In this document: positions 1 to 9,478 of the stretch, one piece after another | Position numbering within the stretch: position 1 is the stretch's first letter | How the letters are laid out: each line of letters opens with the position of its first letter | Origin: an uncultured Chloroflexia bacterium | Lineage (GTDB): Bacteria; Chloroflexota; Dehalococcoidia; DSTF01; WHTK01 | DNA: 64,000 nucleotides | Reading direction: 5' to 3' | Assembly: GCA_963731765.1 (NCBI GenBank) | Contig: CAVSWS010000020.1 | Span: 30,972-94,971 of the forward strand | Made by a program: the position numbers and the translations under genes | Notes under the pieces: generated by a model | Told to the model about the DNA's origin: nothing | The model's database searches: none | What the model saw: the letters and a program-made list of their open reading frames with translations, nothing else

Positions 1-62
1 GTAAATTAGATATATCATCAGTATAGTGAAATTGCAACCGCGACTGCTAGAATCCACCTCCA

Positions 63-695
63 ATGAGCCCTCGGTCTTACAACCTCGGTAAACGCAGAGC
101 CACGGCCCTGGAGACGCGCGCCCGCATCATCGAGGCCGCGCGCAGCCTGCTCGAGGACCCGGAAGGCATCGCAGCCTTCACAATCGACTCCGTCGCACGG
201 GAGGCCGGCGTTTCGCGCATGACGCTCTACGCCCAGTTCGGGTCGAAAATTGGTTTGCTCGATGCCCTGTACGACGACCTGGCAGAGAGGGGCCTCGTGC
301 CACACATGGGTGTGGTCATGCGCACAGCCGACCCGGTCGCAGCACTCGATGGGTTGGTGCTTGCCTTCTGTCGCTTCTGGGCCACCGACCGAATCATCAC
401 GCGACGTATCCGGTCTCTCGCCGCCCTCGATCCCGACGTGGACAGGGGGATCCGGGAGCGCGATGGGAGGCGTCGCGGTCTGTTTACCAGGGTTCTGACC
501 CGCCTCGACGCCGCCGGCTGTTTGCCCGGCGAGACGTCGCCGGGCGAGCTGATAGACACCGTGCTGGCACTGGCGAGTTTCAGCTTCTTCGATCAGCTGG
601 CCGAGACGAACAGCCAGGAGGATGCGACGGCCATCGTGCTGGGACTGATGCGTTCCATCTGCCTCGGAGAAGACGGATCTCCGCAGAAGACGTAG
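63..695 (+). CDS. TetR/AcrR family transcriptional regulator
   Basis: N-terminal HTH 'RARIIEAARSLLEDPEGIAAFTIDSVAREAGVSRMTLYAQFGSK' is the classic TetR_N signature. 210 aa. AT-rich upstream region contains the 8-bp palindrome GATATATC. Confidence 0.85.
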   Translation: MSPRSYNLGKRRATALETRARIIEAARSLLEDPEGIAAFTIDSVAREAGVSRMTLYAQFGSKIGLLDALYDDLAERGLVPHMGVVMRTADPVAALDGLVLAFCRFWATDRIITRRIRSLAALDPDVDRGIRERDGRRRGLFTRVLTRLDAAGCLPGETSPGELIDTVLALASFSFFDQLAETNSQEDATAIVLGLMRSICLGEDGSPQKT

Positions 696-740
696 GATGG
701 AGGTCTGGACTAGCAGTATCTACAGACCCGGAGGTTCGGT

Positions 741-1289
741 TTGGCAAACCAGAGCGATAAGCCATTTCTCAGCGACATAGAGGAGCTTCGACGGCGAGCC
801 CGAGAGGATATGAACAAGGGTGCCATCACATCGAGCTATGGCCTCGACCTTGACCAGGCGATCAACATCCTCAACAAGGTGCTCGCGTCCGAAATCGTGT
901 GTGTGCTCCGGTACAAGCGCCACTTCTACATGGCCCAGGGCATCCACGCAGAGCCGGTAGCGCAGGAGTTCCTGCAGCACGCCAACGACGAGCAGCTTCA
1001 TGCCGATCAGGTGGCGCTTCGCATCACCCAGCTCGGCGGTGGGCCTGACTTCAATCCCGAAGGCCTGCTAACACGCGGCGTGGCGGAGTACCAGGAAGGC
1101 GACACACTTGTCGAAATGATCAAGGAGGACCTGGTCGCCGAGCGCGTCGTTGTCCAGTGGTATGCAGAGATCATCCGCTGGTTCGGCGACAAGGACACCA
1201 CCAGCCGCCGCCTCATGGAGGACCTCCTGGCCAAGGAAGAGGAGCACGCGGACGATCTGGCGGACCTTCTCGTGGAGGTCACAAGCTAA
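741..1289 (+). CDS. ferritin-like (bacterioferritin/Dps-like) diiron protein
   Basis: Four-helix-bundle ferritin-like pattern with Glu/His ligands (EIVCVLRYKRHFY...QEFLQHANDEQLHADQ...EEHADDLADLL). TTG start with a GGAGG 7 nt upstream. Confidence 0.6.
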   Translation: MANQSDKPFLSDIEELRRRAREDMNKGAITSSYGLDLDQAINILNKVLASEIVCVLRYKRHFYMAQGIHAEPVAQEFLQHANDEQLHADQVALRITQLGGGPDFNPEGLLTRGVAEYQEGDTLVEMIKEDLVAERVVVQWYAEIIRWFGDKDTTSRRLMEDLLAKEEEHADDLADLLVEVTS

Positions 1290-1317
1290 GCAGCTTTGTC
1301 CGTCCGTAATTCGACGA

Positions 1318-1346
1318 AGAGGCGGCCCATGGGCCGCCTCTTTCGT
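1318..1346 (+). terminator. rho-independent terminator after the ferritin-like gene
   Basis: GC-rich hairpin agaggcggcc-catg-ggccgcctct followed by ttcgtt. Confidence 0.5.
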
Positions 1347-1450
1347 TCCTCCTGCCTTCAACCGGAGCTGATGCGCTAGAATCGCCGACGGTTACTCAAG
1401 ACTTACGCAACTCCCTCTCCATTGCGAGGGGGTAGGAGAGGGGTTTACGC

Positions 1451-2413
1451 ATGAAGGCTGCTCGCCTGGTGGCGCCACATCGGTTCGAGTTCGAGGACAT
1501 GGAGATGCCGTCGTTAAAGGACGGCGAGGCGCTGGTAAAGATGGAGTACTTCTCCGTCTGCGGCAGCGACCTCCGTGCCTACGACCGTACGCTGCCGGAG
1601 GAGCAGTACCCGCTCGCCCCCGGCGCGCCCTGTCACGAGAACGTCGGCATCGTGCAGGAGAGCCGCGACCCCAGTTTGAAGCCGGGCCAGCGCGTGATCG
1701 CCCTGCAGTCGGGCGGCTTGCTGGAGTACGCCGCGGTGCGTGCCCGCAACCTGGTGCCGGTGCCTGACTCGAATATTGATCCCGCGCTGTGGGTGCTCTG
1801 CCAGCCGGTCGGCACGGTGTTGTTCTCCGTGCAGCAGATGGGGTCGATCCTGGGCAAGCGGGTCGTGATCTTCGGGCAGGGGCCCATCGGCCTTTCCTTC
1901 ACGGACCTCGTCTCCCGTGGCGGCGCGCGCCAGGTGATTACCGTCGACCTCCTGGACTACCGCCTCGACATGTCCCGCAAGCTCGGTGCCACCCACACGA
2001 TTAACCCGAATCGCGACAACGTGATCGAGGCGATCAAAGAGATTACGGGCGGGCAGATGGCGGACGTAGCCGTCGAAGCTGTGGGCAGGCCGGAGACGTC
2101 GCACCAGGTGTTCGAGGCGCTCCGCATGCAGGGCACGGCGATCATCTTCGGGCTCGCCCATGACGAGGACGAGTTCGAGTTCAACTGGACTGCGATGACG
2201 AACAAGCTGCCGCGCATCATCGTCACGAATAGCGCCCGATCCGGCGACATGCCCGACACCGTTGGCATCACGGTCGACCTCGTCAGCCAGGGACGCCTTT
2301 CGGTCGACCACCTCCTGACGCACCGCATGGGCTGGGAAGACGTCAATCGCGCCTACGAGACGTACTCCGCGAAGCTGGAGAACTCGCTCAAGGTGGTGAT
2401 GACCGCGCCGTAG
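1451..2413 (+). CDS. Zn-dependent alcohol dehydrogenase (MDR family; threonine/sorbitol dehydrogenase-like)
   Basis: GroES-like N-terminus with the catalytic-Zn motif 'YFSVCGSDLRAY' and a Rossmann motif 'VVIFGQGPIGL'. 320 aa. Good RBS. Confidence 0.8.
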   Translation: MKAARLVAPHRFEFEDMEMPSLKDGEALVKMEYFSVCGSDLRAYDRTLPEEQYPLAPGAPCHENVGIVQESRDPSLKPGQRVIALQSGGLLEYAAVRARNLVPVPDSNIDPALWVLCQPVGTVLFSVQQMGSILGKRVVIFGQGPIGLSFTDLVSRGGARQVITVDLLDYRLDMSRKLGATHTINPNRDNVIEAIKEITGGQMADVAVEAVGRPETSHQVFEALRMQGTAIIFGLAHDEDEFEFNWTAMTNKLPRIIVTNSARSGDMPDTVGITVDLVSQGRLSVDHLLTHRMGWEDVNRAYETYSAKLENSLKVVMTAP

Positions 2414-2641
2414 AGCCCGTGGATCCTGCAATCTCCCTTGCCGAGCTTGGCAAGCATCCTCGGGCGTCGAAGCCGCTAATGCTCCGCTATTCAGCGTGAC
2501 ATAACTAGATCGCGGGCAGCCGCTGTCGACCGGTCCCGGTTACCCGAGCCTATTCGTAACGCCGGCTTTATTCCGCCGCCTGATGGCATGGCGAGTGATT
2601 GATGCCCCCTGCCAAATACTGTCTGCACAGGAGGGAGCGCT

Positions 2642-2911
2642 ATGACGACAGCAAGTGACTTCACCGAACGCGAATCTGCCATCATCGAAATCCTCACACA
2701 ACACTTCGAGGACCATTCGCTGAATGCGGGCCTTGTGACGATCAACACGCTGGAAGGCGGGGAGGAGCCAACGTTGCGCCTCACCCTCGACGACGTCAGC
2801 TCAACCGACTTCTCGCGTAAACGAATCGCGAGCAGGAACGAGGCTGTCGAAGACCTGGCGAGGGAAGCGGCCGAAGAGCTGGAACACCCCGCGGAGCCCA
2901 TAGGACCATGA
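2642..2911 (+). CDS. hypothetical acidic small protein
   Basis: 89-aa ORF with RBS AGGAGGG. Its stop overlaps the next gene's start (ATGA), suggesting translational coupling. Confidence 0.45.
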   Translation: MTTASDFTERESAIIEILTQHFEDHSLNAGLVTINTLEGGEEPTLRLTLDDVSSTDFSRKRIASRNEAVEDLAREAAEELEHPAEPIGP

Positions 2912-3186
2912 CGTCTCAGGACCAGGAGCGACGTCAGGCTATCGCCGAGCGCGCCTACGCCATCTACGAAGCACGCGGTGGACGGGATGGTCTGGCGGAA
3001 GAGGACTGGCATCAGGCCGAGGAAGAGTTGGCTGCGGATGAGAACCCGGCTCCTGCCGATGCGGGGCCGAACGTGCCTGTCGCGTCTCGGGGAGTCGGCA
3101 AGCACTCCGGCGAGGTGATGCCTGACGTCGACGAGCCGGGAGAGGAGTTGCAGCCTCTTCCGCCGGCGGGATCTTCAGCCCAGTAA
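2908..3186 (+). CDS. DUF2934 domain-containing protein
   Basis: Motif 'IAERAYAIYEARGGRDGLAEEDWHQAEEEL' matches the DUF2934 signature. Confidence 0.6.
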   Translation: MTSQDQERRQAIAERAYAIYEARGGRDGLAEEDWHQAEEELAADENPAPADAGPNVPVASRGVGKHSGEVMPDVDEPGEELQPLPPAGSSAQ

Positions 3187-3208
3187 GCGGGCGGAGGAGG
3201 GCGCAAAG

Positions 3209-3352
3209 ATGCCTGCAAAGACTGAGAAGCAACGCAAGTTCATGGCTGCCGAGCTATCGCGCAAGCGTTCCGGCAAGAAGACGAAGACCGACATGAGCGA
3301 GAAGCAGCTGGAAGAGATGGCTTCGAAGAAGGGCAAAAAGACGTCGGACTAA
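3209..3352 (+). CDS. DUF3008 family small basic protein (47 aa)
   Basis: MPAKTEKQRKFMAAELSRKRSGKKTKTDMSEKQLEEMASKKGKKTSD with a strong SD (GGAGGAGG) upstream. Below the 60-aa ORF-track cutoff, so found by manual translation. Confidence 0.55.
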   Translation: MPAKTEKQRKFMAAELSRKRSGKKTKTDMSEKQLEEMASKKGKKTSD

Positions 3353-3942
3353 CCGGCCTTGTCGAGGGCGCTGAAGCCGCAGTTCGGGCACAGCGCCCTC
3401 GGTGGCTGGGGGATGAACAAACCGCCACATTTGCGACAGTGGACCTCAAGTGTCTCTGGTGCTGAGTCTTCGTACTGATTGTCGAAGAGGGTACCGCCGA
3501 GGCCATATCCGTCGTCGTACTGGTCGCCGCCCCAACCGAAGCTGAAGCCACTGCGTCGCCTCCTGCGCGTCGAGCCGAAGAGGAAGAACGACGACCCACC
3601 ACCAACGTTTCTGGCTGATCGTTTGACGGCGAGGGCGCCGAGCACAGCGACGATGATGCCAAGCGCGCCGAGTGTGAGCCACATCGACATGCGCACAGCC
3701 TTCTCGACGTCGCCCCGCTGCCACCCGTAGGCGAAGAGGTAGATACCGGCCACGAGGCCGACGAAGGGCAGGCCGATGCCCCAGTACGCGCGGTCGCGAC
3801 TGATCTCCTCCGCCACGAATCCGTAATAGACGTGGTAGCCGATCGCCGCACCGGCACCACCGGTCAACAGTAACCCCGCCAGCACGTACTCGTAGATCCG
3901 CGGCGCCAGCACGGAGCGCCCCTGCAGTTGTCCTTCGTTCAC
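3349..3942 (-). CDS. membrane protein with C-terminal zinc-ribbon (CxxC...CxxC)
   Basis: Three predicted TM helices, a Gly/Arg-rich linker and 'CRKCGG...CPNCG' at the C-terminus. 197 aa. Confidence 0.5.
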   Translation of the reverse strand: MNEGQLQGRSVLAPRIYEYVLAGLLLTGGAGAAIGYHVYYGFVAEEISRDRAYWGIGLPFVGLVAGIYLFAYGWQRGDVEKAVRMSMWLTLGALGIIVAVLGALAVKRSARNVGGGSSFFLFGSTRRRRRSGFSFGWGGDQYDDGYGLGGTLFDNQYEDSAPETLEVHCRKCGGLFIPQPPRALCPNCGFSALDKAG

Positions 3943-4128
3943 GGATCAGTATCGGCAAACGAGCATCGCATTCTTTGGACTGCGAAGCCCCGCAAGGGAA
4001 CGTGACCCCTGGCACCATCGGTCATCCCTACCTTCGGGGCTTGTGCCCGGGACGTGAATGCCCTTAGCGTGAAGCTCAGCCTGGCGCGAATCCGCCTTGT
4101 ATCATGCCCGGAAGCAAGGAGCGACGAC

Positions 4129-5112
4129 ATGGAGCAGCGGCGACTCGGTACCACCGGTTTGAGTGTCTCGGCCCTGGGGTTTGGCTGCGGCAATGTCGGT
4201 GGATTGATTGTGCGCGGCAGCCCCGAAGAGCAGGTAGCGGCGGTCAAGCACGCTCTGGACGCGGGGATTACCTACTTCGATACGGCGCCGCTCTACGGTA
4301 GTGGGCGGTCTGAAACCCACATCGGCGCCGTGCTCACGAAGCTAGGTGCCTGGGACCAGGTGGCGCTTGGTACGAAGGTGAGACTGCGCATGGAAGACCT
4401 CCATGACCCGCCGGCCTCCATTCGTGCCTCCCTTGTCGCCAGCCTGGAACGCCTGGGCCGCGACTCGGTCGACTTGCTGCAACTGCACAACCAGGTCCAT
4501 GACAGCGTCGATCCCACCGGTGCCGCGGTGGCGACAGAGCAACTCGATGCCATCGCACACGGCATGCAGGCGCTGGTGCGTGAAGGCCTCACGCGCCACA
4601 TCGGCTTCACCGGTGTGGGCGACACGACGGCGCTACTGGAGAACGCTCGTAGCGGCCGCTTCGAGACGATGCAGGCTTACTTCAACGCGATCAACCCCAG
4701 CGCGGGCTTCGCGGGTAAGAACGGTCCCGGCGAGGACATGGGTGGCGTCATCGATGTTGCGGCCGGGGCGCAGATGGGCATCATCGCCATCCGCGTCATG
4801 GCCGGCGGTGCAATGACCGCCTCGGAGAAGCGCTCACCCCTGGCCAGCCCCTCTCTGGGCGCCGCACTCGTCGCCGGCGACACGTTCGAGGCTGACATCG
4901 CCCAGGCGGCGCGGCTCGAAACGCTGGCGCAGGAGCTCGGTCTGGAGTCGGCGCTGGAGCTCAGTCTTCGCTTTGTGATCTCGAAGCCGGACGTGTCGAC
5001 GGCGCTGGTGGGATACTCCGACATGGCGCAGCTCGAGTCCGCGATTCGGTGGACAGAGCGCGGCGCGCTGACGCAGGACCAGATCGCCCGCGTTCTCGAA
5101 GCCGCCGCATGA
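4129..5112 (+). CDS. aldo/keto reductase
   Basis: 'GLSVSALGFGCGNVGG...ITYFDTAPLYGSGRSE' is the AKR signature. Start set at the ATG with an AAGGAG RBS; the ORF-track N-terminal extension is unlikely to be coding. Confidence 0.85.
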   Translation: MEQRRLGTTGLSVSALGFGCGNVGGLIVRGSPEEQVAAVKHALDAGITYFDTAPLYGSGRSETHIGAVLTKLGAWDQVALGTKVRLRMEDLHDPPASIRASLVASLERLGRDSVDLLQLHNQVHDSVDPTGAAVATEQLDAIAHGMQALVREGLTRHIGFTGVGDTTALLENARSGRFETMQAYFNAINPSAGFAGKNGPGEDMGGVIDVAAGAQMGIIAIRVMAGGAMTASEKRSPLASPSLGAALVAGDTFEADIAQAARLETLAQELGLESALELSLRFVISKPDVSTALVGYSDMAQLESAIRWTERGALTQDQIARVLEAAA

Positions 5113-5139
5113 CACTCCCTTAGTCAGGGCACAAAAGAG

Positions 5140-5166
5140 AGGGGCGGCCCCGCCCTGGCCGCCCCT
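5140..5166. terminator. bidirectional GC-rich hairpin between convergent genes
   Basis: aggggcggcc-ccgccct-ggccgcccct followed by a T-rich stretch. It lies between the AKR gene (+) and the Ig-like gene (-). Confidence 0.4.
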
Positions 5167-5197
5167 GCTGAAAAAGAGCTTCTTTTGGGTCGTCGCG

Positions 5198-5710
5198 TCA
5201 GGCGGTGACGGACTTGCGAATCGCCACGGCACCGGCTGCCATGAGCACGAGGCCCAGGCCGAGCCCGACGAAGGTGGCTGCCTCGCTGGAGCGACTGCCA
5301 TCGAGGAGACCGGCGTCACCGGTGGACGGCGGGACGATGCCCAGGACCTGGGTGCTCGCCTGGCATTCGGACGTGTCGCTGGCGGCGTGGACGATCACGG
5401 GGCCCGCATTGGCGCCGAAGGTCACCGTGACCACGGCCGTGCCGGAGCCATCTGTCATGGCACCGGTGGACGACAGGTGGGCGTCGCCGGAAACCACCGA
5501 GAAGCTGACGTTGTAGCCGGACAGGACCGCGCCGGTCGTGTCGTGCAGCGTCGCGGCGACTGCCGTGCTGCTACCAGTCTTGACGTCTATCTGGTTCACA
5601 GCGCAGACCATGGTGGACTTCGGGGGTGGGTACTGAGCCGACGCTACCTGGGCAACCAGGAAGAACGTAACGACCGCCGCGAAAGCGGCTAAGAGGCTTC
5701 CTTTTCTCAT
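5198..5710 (-). CDS. secreted cell-surface protein, Ig-like (Big_1-type) fold, C-terminal membrane anchor
   Basis: N-terminal signal peptide (LLAAFAAVVTFFLVAQVASA), a Ser/Thr/Val-rich beta-domain, and a C-terminal hydrophobic stretch with an RK tail. Confidence 0.45.
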   Translation of the reverse strand: MRKGSLLAAFAAVVTFFLVAQVASAQYPPPKSTMVCAVNQIDVKTGSSTAVAATLHDTTGAVLSGYNVSFSVVSGDAHLSSTGAMTDGSGTAVVTVTFGANAGPVIVHAASDTSECQASTQVLGIVPPSTGDAGLLDGSRSSEAATFVGLGLGLVLMAAGAVAIRKSVTA

Positions 5711-5765
5711 GCAATCTGTCTCCTTACAACGACCAAAACGATCTCGTGCGAGTGGTATTACAGGC

Positions 5766-7214
5766 CTAAGTGTTCGCCGTCGATTTTTCCTGCCGCATCT
5801 CGCGGATCAGGCGCAGCGTCTCCTCCATGTGGGCCAGGACCTCCTCCACAGAGAATTCGTCTGACGATGCTTCAGTTGCCTGTGCGGCGGGCTCCGTGAC
5901 CTGCGATGAAGCGGTAACTGGTGTTGTGACACCTTCGGCGGGTGCGGGTGCCTCAGGCGACTTCACCGCTACCCAGTCGACCGGCAGGGGGACGCGAGGG
6001 CGCTCGTCCGGCTGGACGATTCGCAGGTTCGGTGTCGCCGGAACACGAGGCTGAGGTGTCGGAACATCGAAGGGCTGTGCAGCCGGAGGTGTGGCCGGCG
6101 CCTGGGTCTTCAGGCCCTCCTCCGCCAGCCGCAGGATCGCCGGATCGGGCTCCGATTCGAACTGCCGCTGGATGTTGGGATTGGTGGGCTTCGGCGGCCC
6201 TTTTCGGAAGGCATCGACCGAGAAAGGGTCGAGGGCGGGCGTGGGAGGTTGCGGCGCAGCGTAGACCGGCGTGATCGCGGGACTGGCTGGCGCCGCTTCG
6301 GGCACGGCCTTCGGGGCAGTCCTGGGTGCTGGGGTCTTGATGCTGTTAAGGACGGCGCCAAGTGGCCGTGCATCTACGTTGGTGAGGATCCGAATCGCCT
6401 TGTTCACGTCGCGAGAGCGTGACTTGCCAGCGTGCATGACCAGCAGCGTCGCATCCGCGTTGCAAGCGAGAAGCTTTGCGTCATCCGCCTCCAGCACGGG
6501 CGGCGAATCGATGATCACGTATTCGGCAATGCCGCGCAGGGCCGCGAAGACCTCGCCCAGGCGGGGTAGCGCCAGGAGCTCGTGGGGTTTCGGCGGCAGG
6601 AGGCCCGCCGGCAGCAGATAGAGATTGGGCGCGTTCGTGCGCACCAGGCCCAGCTGCGGCGTGTGCAGGTAGTTCATTAGCAGACCGGATAGCCCGAGCG
6701 ATGCGGCATTGGTGTTCGTGCTGCGCAGCGAGGACCATCGCAGGTCGGCGTCTACAAGCACCACCTTCTCGCCTCGTTCTGCCAGCACCGTCGCCAGGTT
6801 GGCCGCCGTTGTCGACTTGCCTTCCTCCGGCCCGGCGCTGGTCACGAGCACGGTGCGAAGCTCGCGACCACCCTGCGCCCGCAATGAGGACGCCAGCTTC
6901 TGGTAGGCCTGCAGCTGTTCGGGGTAATCCTCGGACGGCATCGCGGAGCCTTCCGCCTGCTTGAAACGGCCGATAGAGCCTAGCGTCTGAAGGTCGAAGC
7001 GCCGTTCGATGTCCTCGGGAGACTTGAGGCGGCTGCCTCGCATTTCGAGAGCGAGTCCAGCGGCGAGCGCGGGTGCCATTCCCAAAGCGGCGCCTCCTGC
7101 CATTACCGGCGAGAAACCGTCCATCGCGTAACCTGCGCCGGCACCGGCTGCTATGGAGGGGAGGAGCAACCAGGAGCGGCTTACCGCGAAATCAATGGTG
7201 GAACGTATAACCAC
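5766..7214 (-). CDS. polysaccharide biosynthesis tyrosine autokinase (BY-kinase, CpsD/CapB-type) with Pro-rich C-terminal extension
   Basis: Walker A 'VTSAGPEEGKSTTAANLA', Walker A' 'VVLVDADLR' and Walker B 'VIIDSPPV'. It has only a short N-terminal TM segment (no Wzz-like periplasmic domain) and a long P/A/T-rich tail. Confidence 0.8.
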   Translation of the reverse strand: MVIRSTIDFAVSRSWLLLPSIAAGAGAGYAMDGFSPVMAGGAALGMAPALAAGLALEMRGSRLKSPEDIERRFDLQTLGSIGRFKQAEGSAMPSEDYPEQLQAYQKLASSLRAQGGRELRTVLVTSAGPEEGKSTTAANLATVLAERGEKVVLVDADLRWSSLRSTNTNAASLGLSGLLMNYLHTPQLGLVRTNAPNLYLLPAGLLPPKPHELLALPRLGEVFAALRGIAEYVIIDSPPVLEADDAKLLACNADATLLVMHAGKSRSRDVNKAIRILTNVDARPLGAVLNSIKTPAPRTAPKAVPEAAPASPAITPVYAAPQPPTPALDPFSVDAFRKGPPKPTNPNIQRQFESEPDPAILRLAEEGLKTQAPATPPAAQPFDVPTPQPRVPATPNLRIVQPDERPRVPLPVDWVAVKSPEAPAPAEGVTTPVTASSQVTEPAAQATEASSDEFSVEEVLAHMEETLRLIREMRQEKSTANT

Positions 7215-7422
7215 GACAATCCCTGCCTTTTAGGGCCGCGCTTCTTGCTCGGCCGGCTTGATTCCATTCACTGCCTACAACGCGCATGCGCCGTATGTGT
7301 TTCTTGTTCCGGGTAATACAGTCCTTCCGCTTTTATCCGAAACAGGCTGGCACGCCTCGCGTTTCAACTAATACGGGGCGATTGCCCGCACGGATGCAAC
7401 TTCGAGACAAAGGACGTCAGCC

Positions 7423-9390
7423 TTGATCAACGTCGCCACCGGACAACGGCACGCTCGCGCGACCAGAAGCGATGGTGCCGTCCGGCTGCGCATCGTGGCG
7501 GCCGTGGTCCTGGCGGGATTCATCGTGCTCGCCGGCTTCGAGACGTATCGCGCGTACGCCTTCTATTCCGATGTTCAGGCCGCGCGTTCGAGCCTGCTCT
7601 CCCTGCGCGATGAGCTCGACCTCGGCAGCCTGCAGGACTCCGAAGCCGACGTACTCTCGACGCAAGCCCAACTACGAGATGCTCAGGTGCGTGCGGCGTC
7701 GGCCCGCAGCTTCGTCGACGGTGACCCCCTCGTGAAGTTGGCGCGTCACCTGCCGGTCCTGGGCAAGCAGGCGGATGGCCTTACCGCGCTCGTACAGGCG
7801 GCAGAGGACTCGACGCGTGCCGGACTGACGGCATCGGACGTGGCGCTGGCGTTCGCACAACAGAAAGACAACCCCGACCTCACTTCGGTGCAGGAAGCCC
7901 TCGTCTTTCTCGATGATCAGCAGCAGCCGATGCAGAACGTGCAGGCAGGCCTCAACACCCTGCGGGCGGACTACGCCGCGCTACCGGGGGGCCTCATCGG
8001 TCCCCTCGGTGCGGCGAAGTTGCAGCTGGGCGATGCGCTGAACAAGCTCGATTCGCTGGTCACCGGCTACGACCGAGCCCAGTCGTTCCTGCCTACTTTG
8101 CTGGGTTACGAGGGCCAGCAGACCTACCTTGTGCTGCCCCAGAACGATACGGAGTTGTTTCCGTCCGGCGGCCTGATCTCAAGCTACGGCATCGCCACCT
8201 TCACGAATGGCGACCTCAACGACATGCACTTCGAGTACTTCCAGGCGCTGTTCGACCGCTGGCAGCAACAGTCCGGCGGCGAGTACGTGGCACCGCCGGC
8301 ACCCCTCGCCAACTACCTCAAGCAGGGCTACTCATGGGGTCTTGGCGAGGCGGGCTGGTACCCGGACTTCCCGACCACCGCCGGGCTGGCGTCGGACTTT
8401 GTGCAGAAGGGCGGCGCTCCCGCCACGGACGGCACGATTGCCATCGACACGTACTTCATTCGTTCGCTGCTCCAGGACATGGGCCCGGTCTACGTCCCCG
8501 GCTACGACGTGACCGTGACCTACGACAACTTCCAGGAACTTACCCTGGAGGAGACACGCGACGAGTGGGACGTGCCGGTGGAGCAGCAAAAGGCCTTCCT
8601 CTCCGACCTCTCCGAAGCGCTGCTGAAGCGCATCTTCGCCACGCCGAAGGAGCAGTGGGTGGACATGCTGGCCGTGCTGCAGCGCATGGCGAAGGAGCGA
8701 CACCTCCAGATCTATCTCAACGACCCGCAGATGCAGGCCCTCGCGGTCGACTACGGTCTAGACGGCTCCATCCAGCAGCCGGAGAACAGCGACTACCTGC
8801 TTGCCGCCGACACCAGCGTCAACAGCACGAAGCTCAACATGATCCTCGACACGTCGCTGAACGTCGACGTTGACCTGACGAATGACGGCACGGCCGCGAA
8901 GACGCTGACCTACGCAATCCACAACCCCTTCCCGGACTGGGCGGAGGGCCGCGACCCGGAGCTGGTTGCCCGCCTGATGTTCGACGGCGTCTACGGCAGC
9001 TACCTGCGTGTCTACGCGCTTGCCGGCTCCATCCTCAAGGACGTTCGCTTCGGCGGCCAGACGGTCGGCGCGGAGGCAATCGAGACCGAGTACGGCTATA
9101 CGACCTTTGGCCGCTACTTCCCAGTGCTGCCGGGCACGTCCGCCAGCCTCGACGTTTCGTACGAGACTTCCGGCGTGGTCGCTGCCGACGGCAACCTGCG
9201 CACCTACCGCCTCTACGTCCAGAAGGAGGCGGGCACAGAAGCAACGCCGCTAACGCTGGACCTGAAGCTGCCCGAAGGCGCCCGGGTGGAGTCGCTGCTC
9301 CTGGACGGGACGCCTTACAAGGGCGGTCTCAAGGTCCAGACCGACCTGCGTACCGACCGCACGATCGAAGTTACCTACCGGTTGCCGTAA
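7423..9390 (+). CDS. DUF4012 domain-containing protein (exopolysaccharide-locus associated)
   Basis: N-terminal TM followed by a ~600-aa domain with 'YLVLPQNDTELFPSGGLISSYGIATFTNGDL', typical of DUF4012. It is divergent from the BY-kinase gene. Confidence 0.65.
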   Translation: MINVATGQRHARATRSDGAVRLRIVAAVVLAGFIVLAGFETYRAYAFYSDVQAARSSLLSLRDELDLGSLQDSEADVLSTQAQLRDAQVRAASARSFVDGDPLVKLARHLPVLGKQADGLTALVQAAEDSTRAGLTASDVALAFAQQKDNPDLTSVQEALVFLDDQQQPMQNVQAGLNTLRADYAALPGGLIGPLGAAKLQLGDALNKLDSLVTGYDRAQSFLPTLLGYEGQQTYLVLPQNDTELFPSGGLISSYGIATFTNGDLNDMHFEYFQALFDRWQQQSGGEYVAPPAPLANYLKQGYSWGLGEAGWYPDFPTTAGLASDFVQKGGAPATDGTIAIDTYFIRSLLQDMGPVYVPGYDVTVTYDNFQELTLEETRDEWDVPVEQQKAFLSDLSEALLKRIFATPKEQWVDMLAVLQRMAKERHLQIYLNDPQMQALAVDYGLDGSIQQPENSDYLLAADTSVNSTKLNMILDTSLNVDVDLTNDGTAAKTLTYAIHNPFPDWAEGRDPELVARLMFDGVYGSYLRVYALAGSILKDVRFGGQTVGAEAIETEYGYTTFGRYFPVLPGTSASLDVSYETSGVVAADGNLRTYRLYVQKEAGTEATPLTLDLKLPEGARVESLLLDGTPYKGGLKVQTDLRTDRTIEVTYRLP

Positions 9391-9478
9391 GCATGAAAAG
9401 TTCGCGGGTACGGCGAACCCCAACACCGTTCGACCTGAGGCTCTGAGGGCGCGAGATGCCCCAGGGCGTTCCGAAGTG

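Noticed and set aside
1395-1450. Inverted repeat ccctctcc...ggagaggg in the 5' leader of the Zn-ADH gene (possible regulatory structure)
   Set aside because: The right arm is simply the Shine-Dalgarno region. The 14-nt loop and short stem give weak support for a riboswitch or attenuator.
1514-2431. 305-aa ORF antisense to the Zn-ADH gene. Similar long Arg/Ala-rich antisense ORFs occur at 3240-3860, 3446-4018, 27982-29286, 28419-30125 (+), 36613-38829 (+), 43690-45012 (+), 51728-53050 and 56592-57866.
   Set aside because: These are typical high-GC shadow ORFs opposite genes with strong homology signatures. They have low-complexity R/A/G-rich composition, no RBS and no recognisable domains.
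5198-5330. Possible LPXTG-like sortase signal ('PPSTG') in the Ig-like surface protein
   Set aside because: The motif is not a canonical LPXTG and lies ~20 residues before the hydrophobic segment, which is too far for a sortase sorting signal. It is treated as a plain C-terminal TM anchor.
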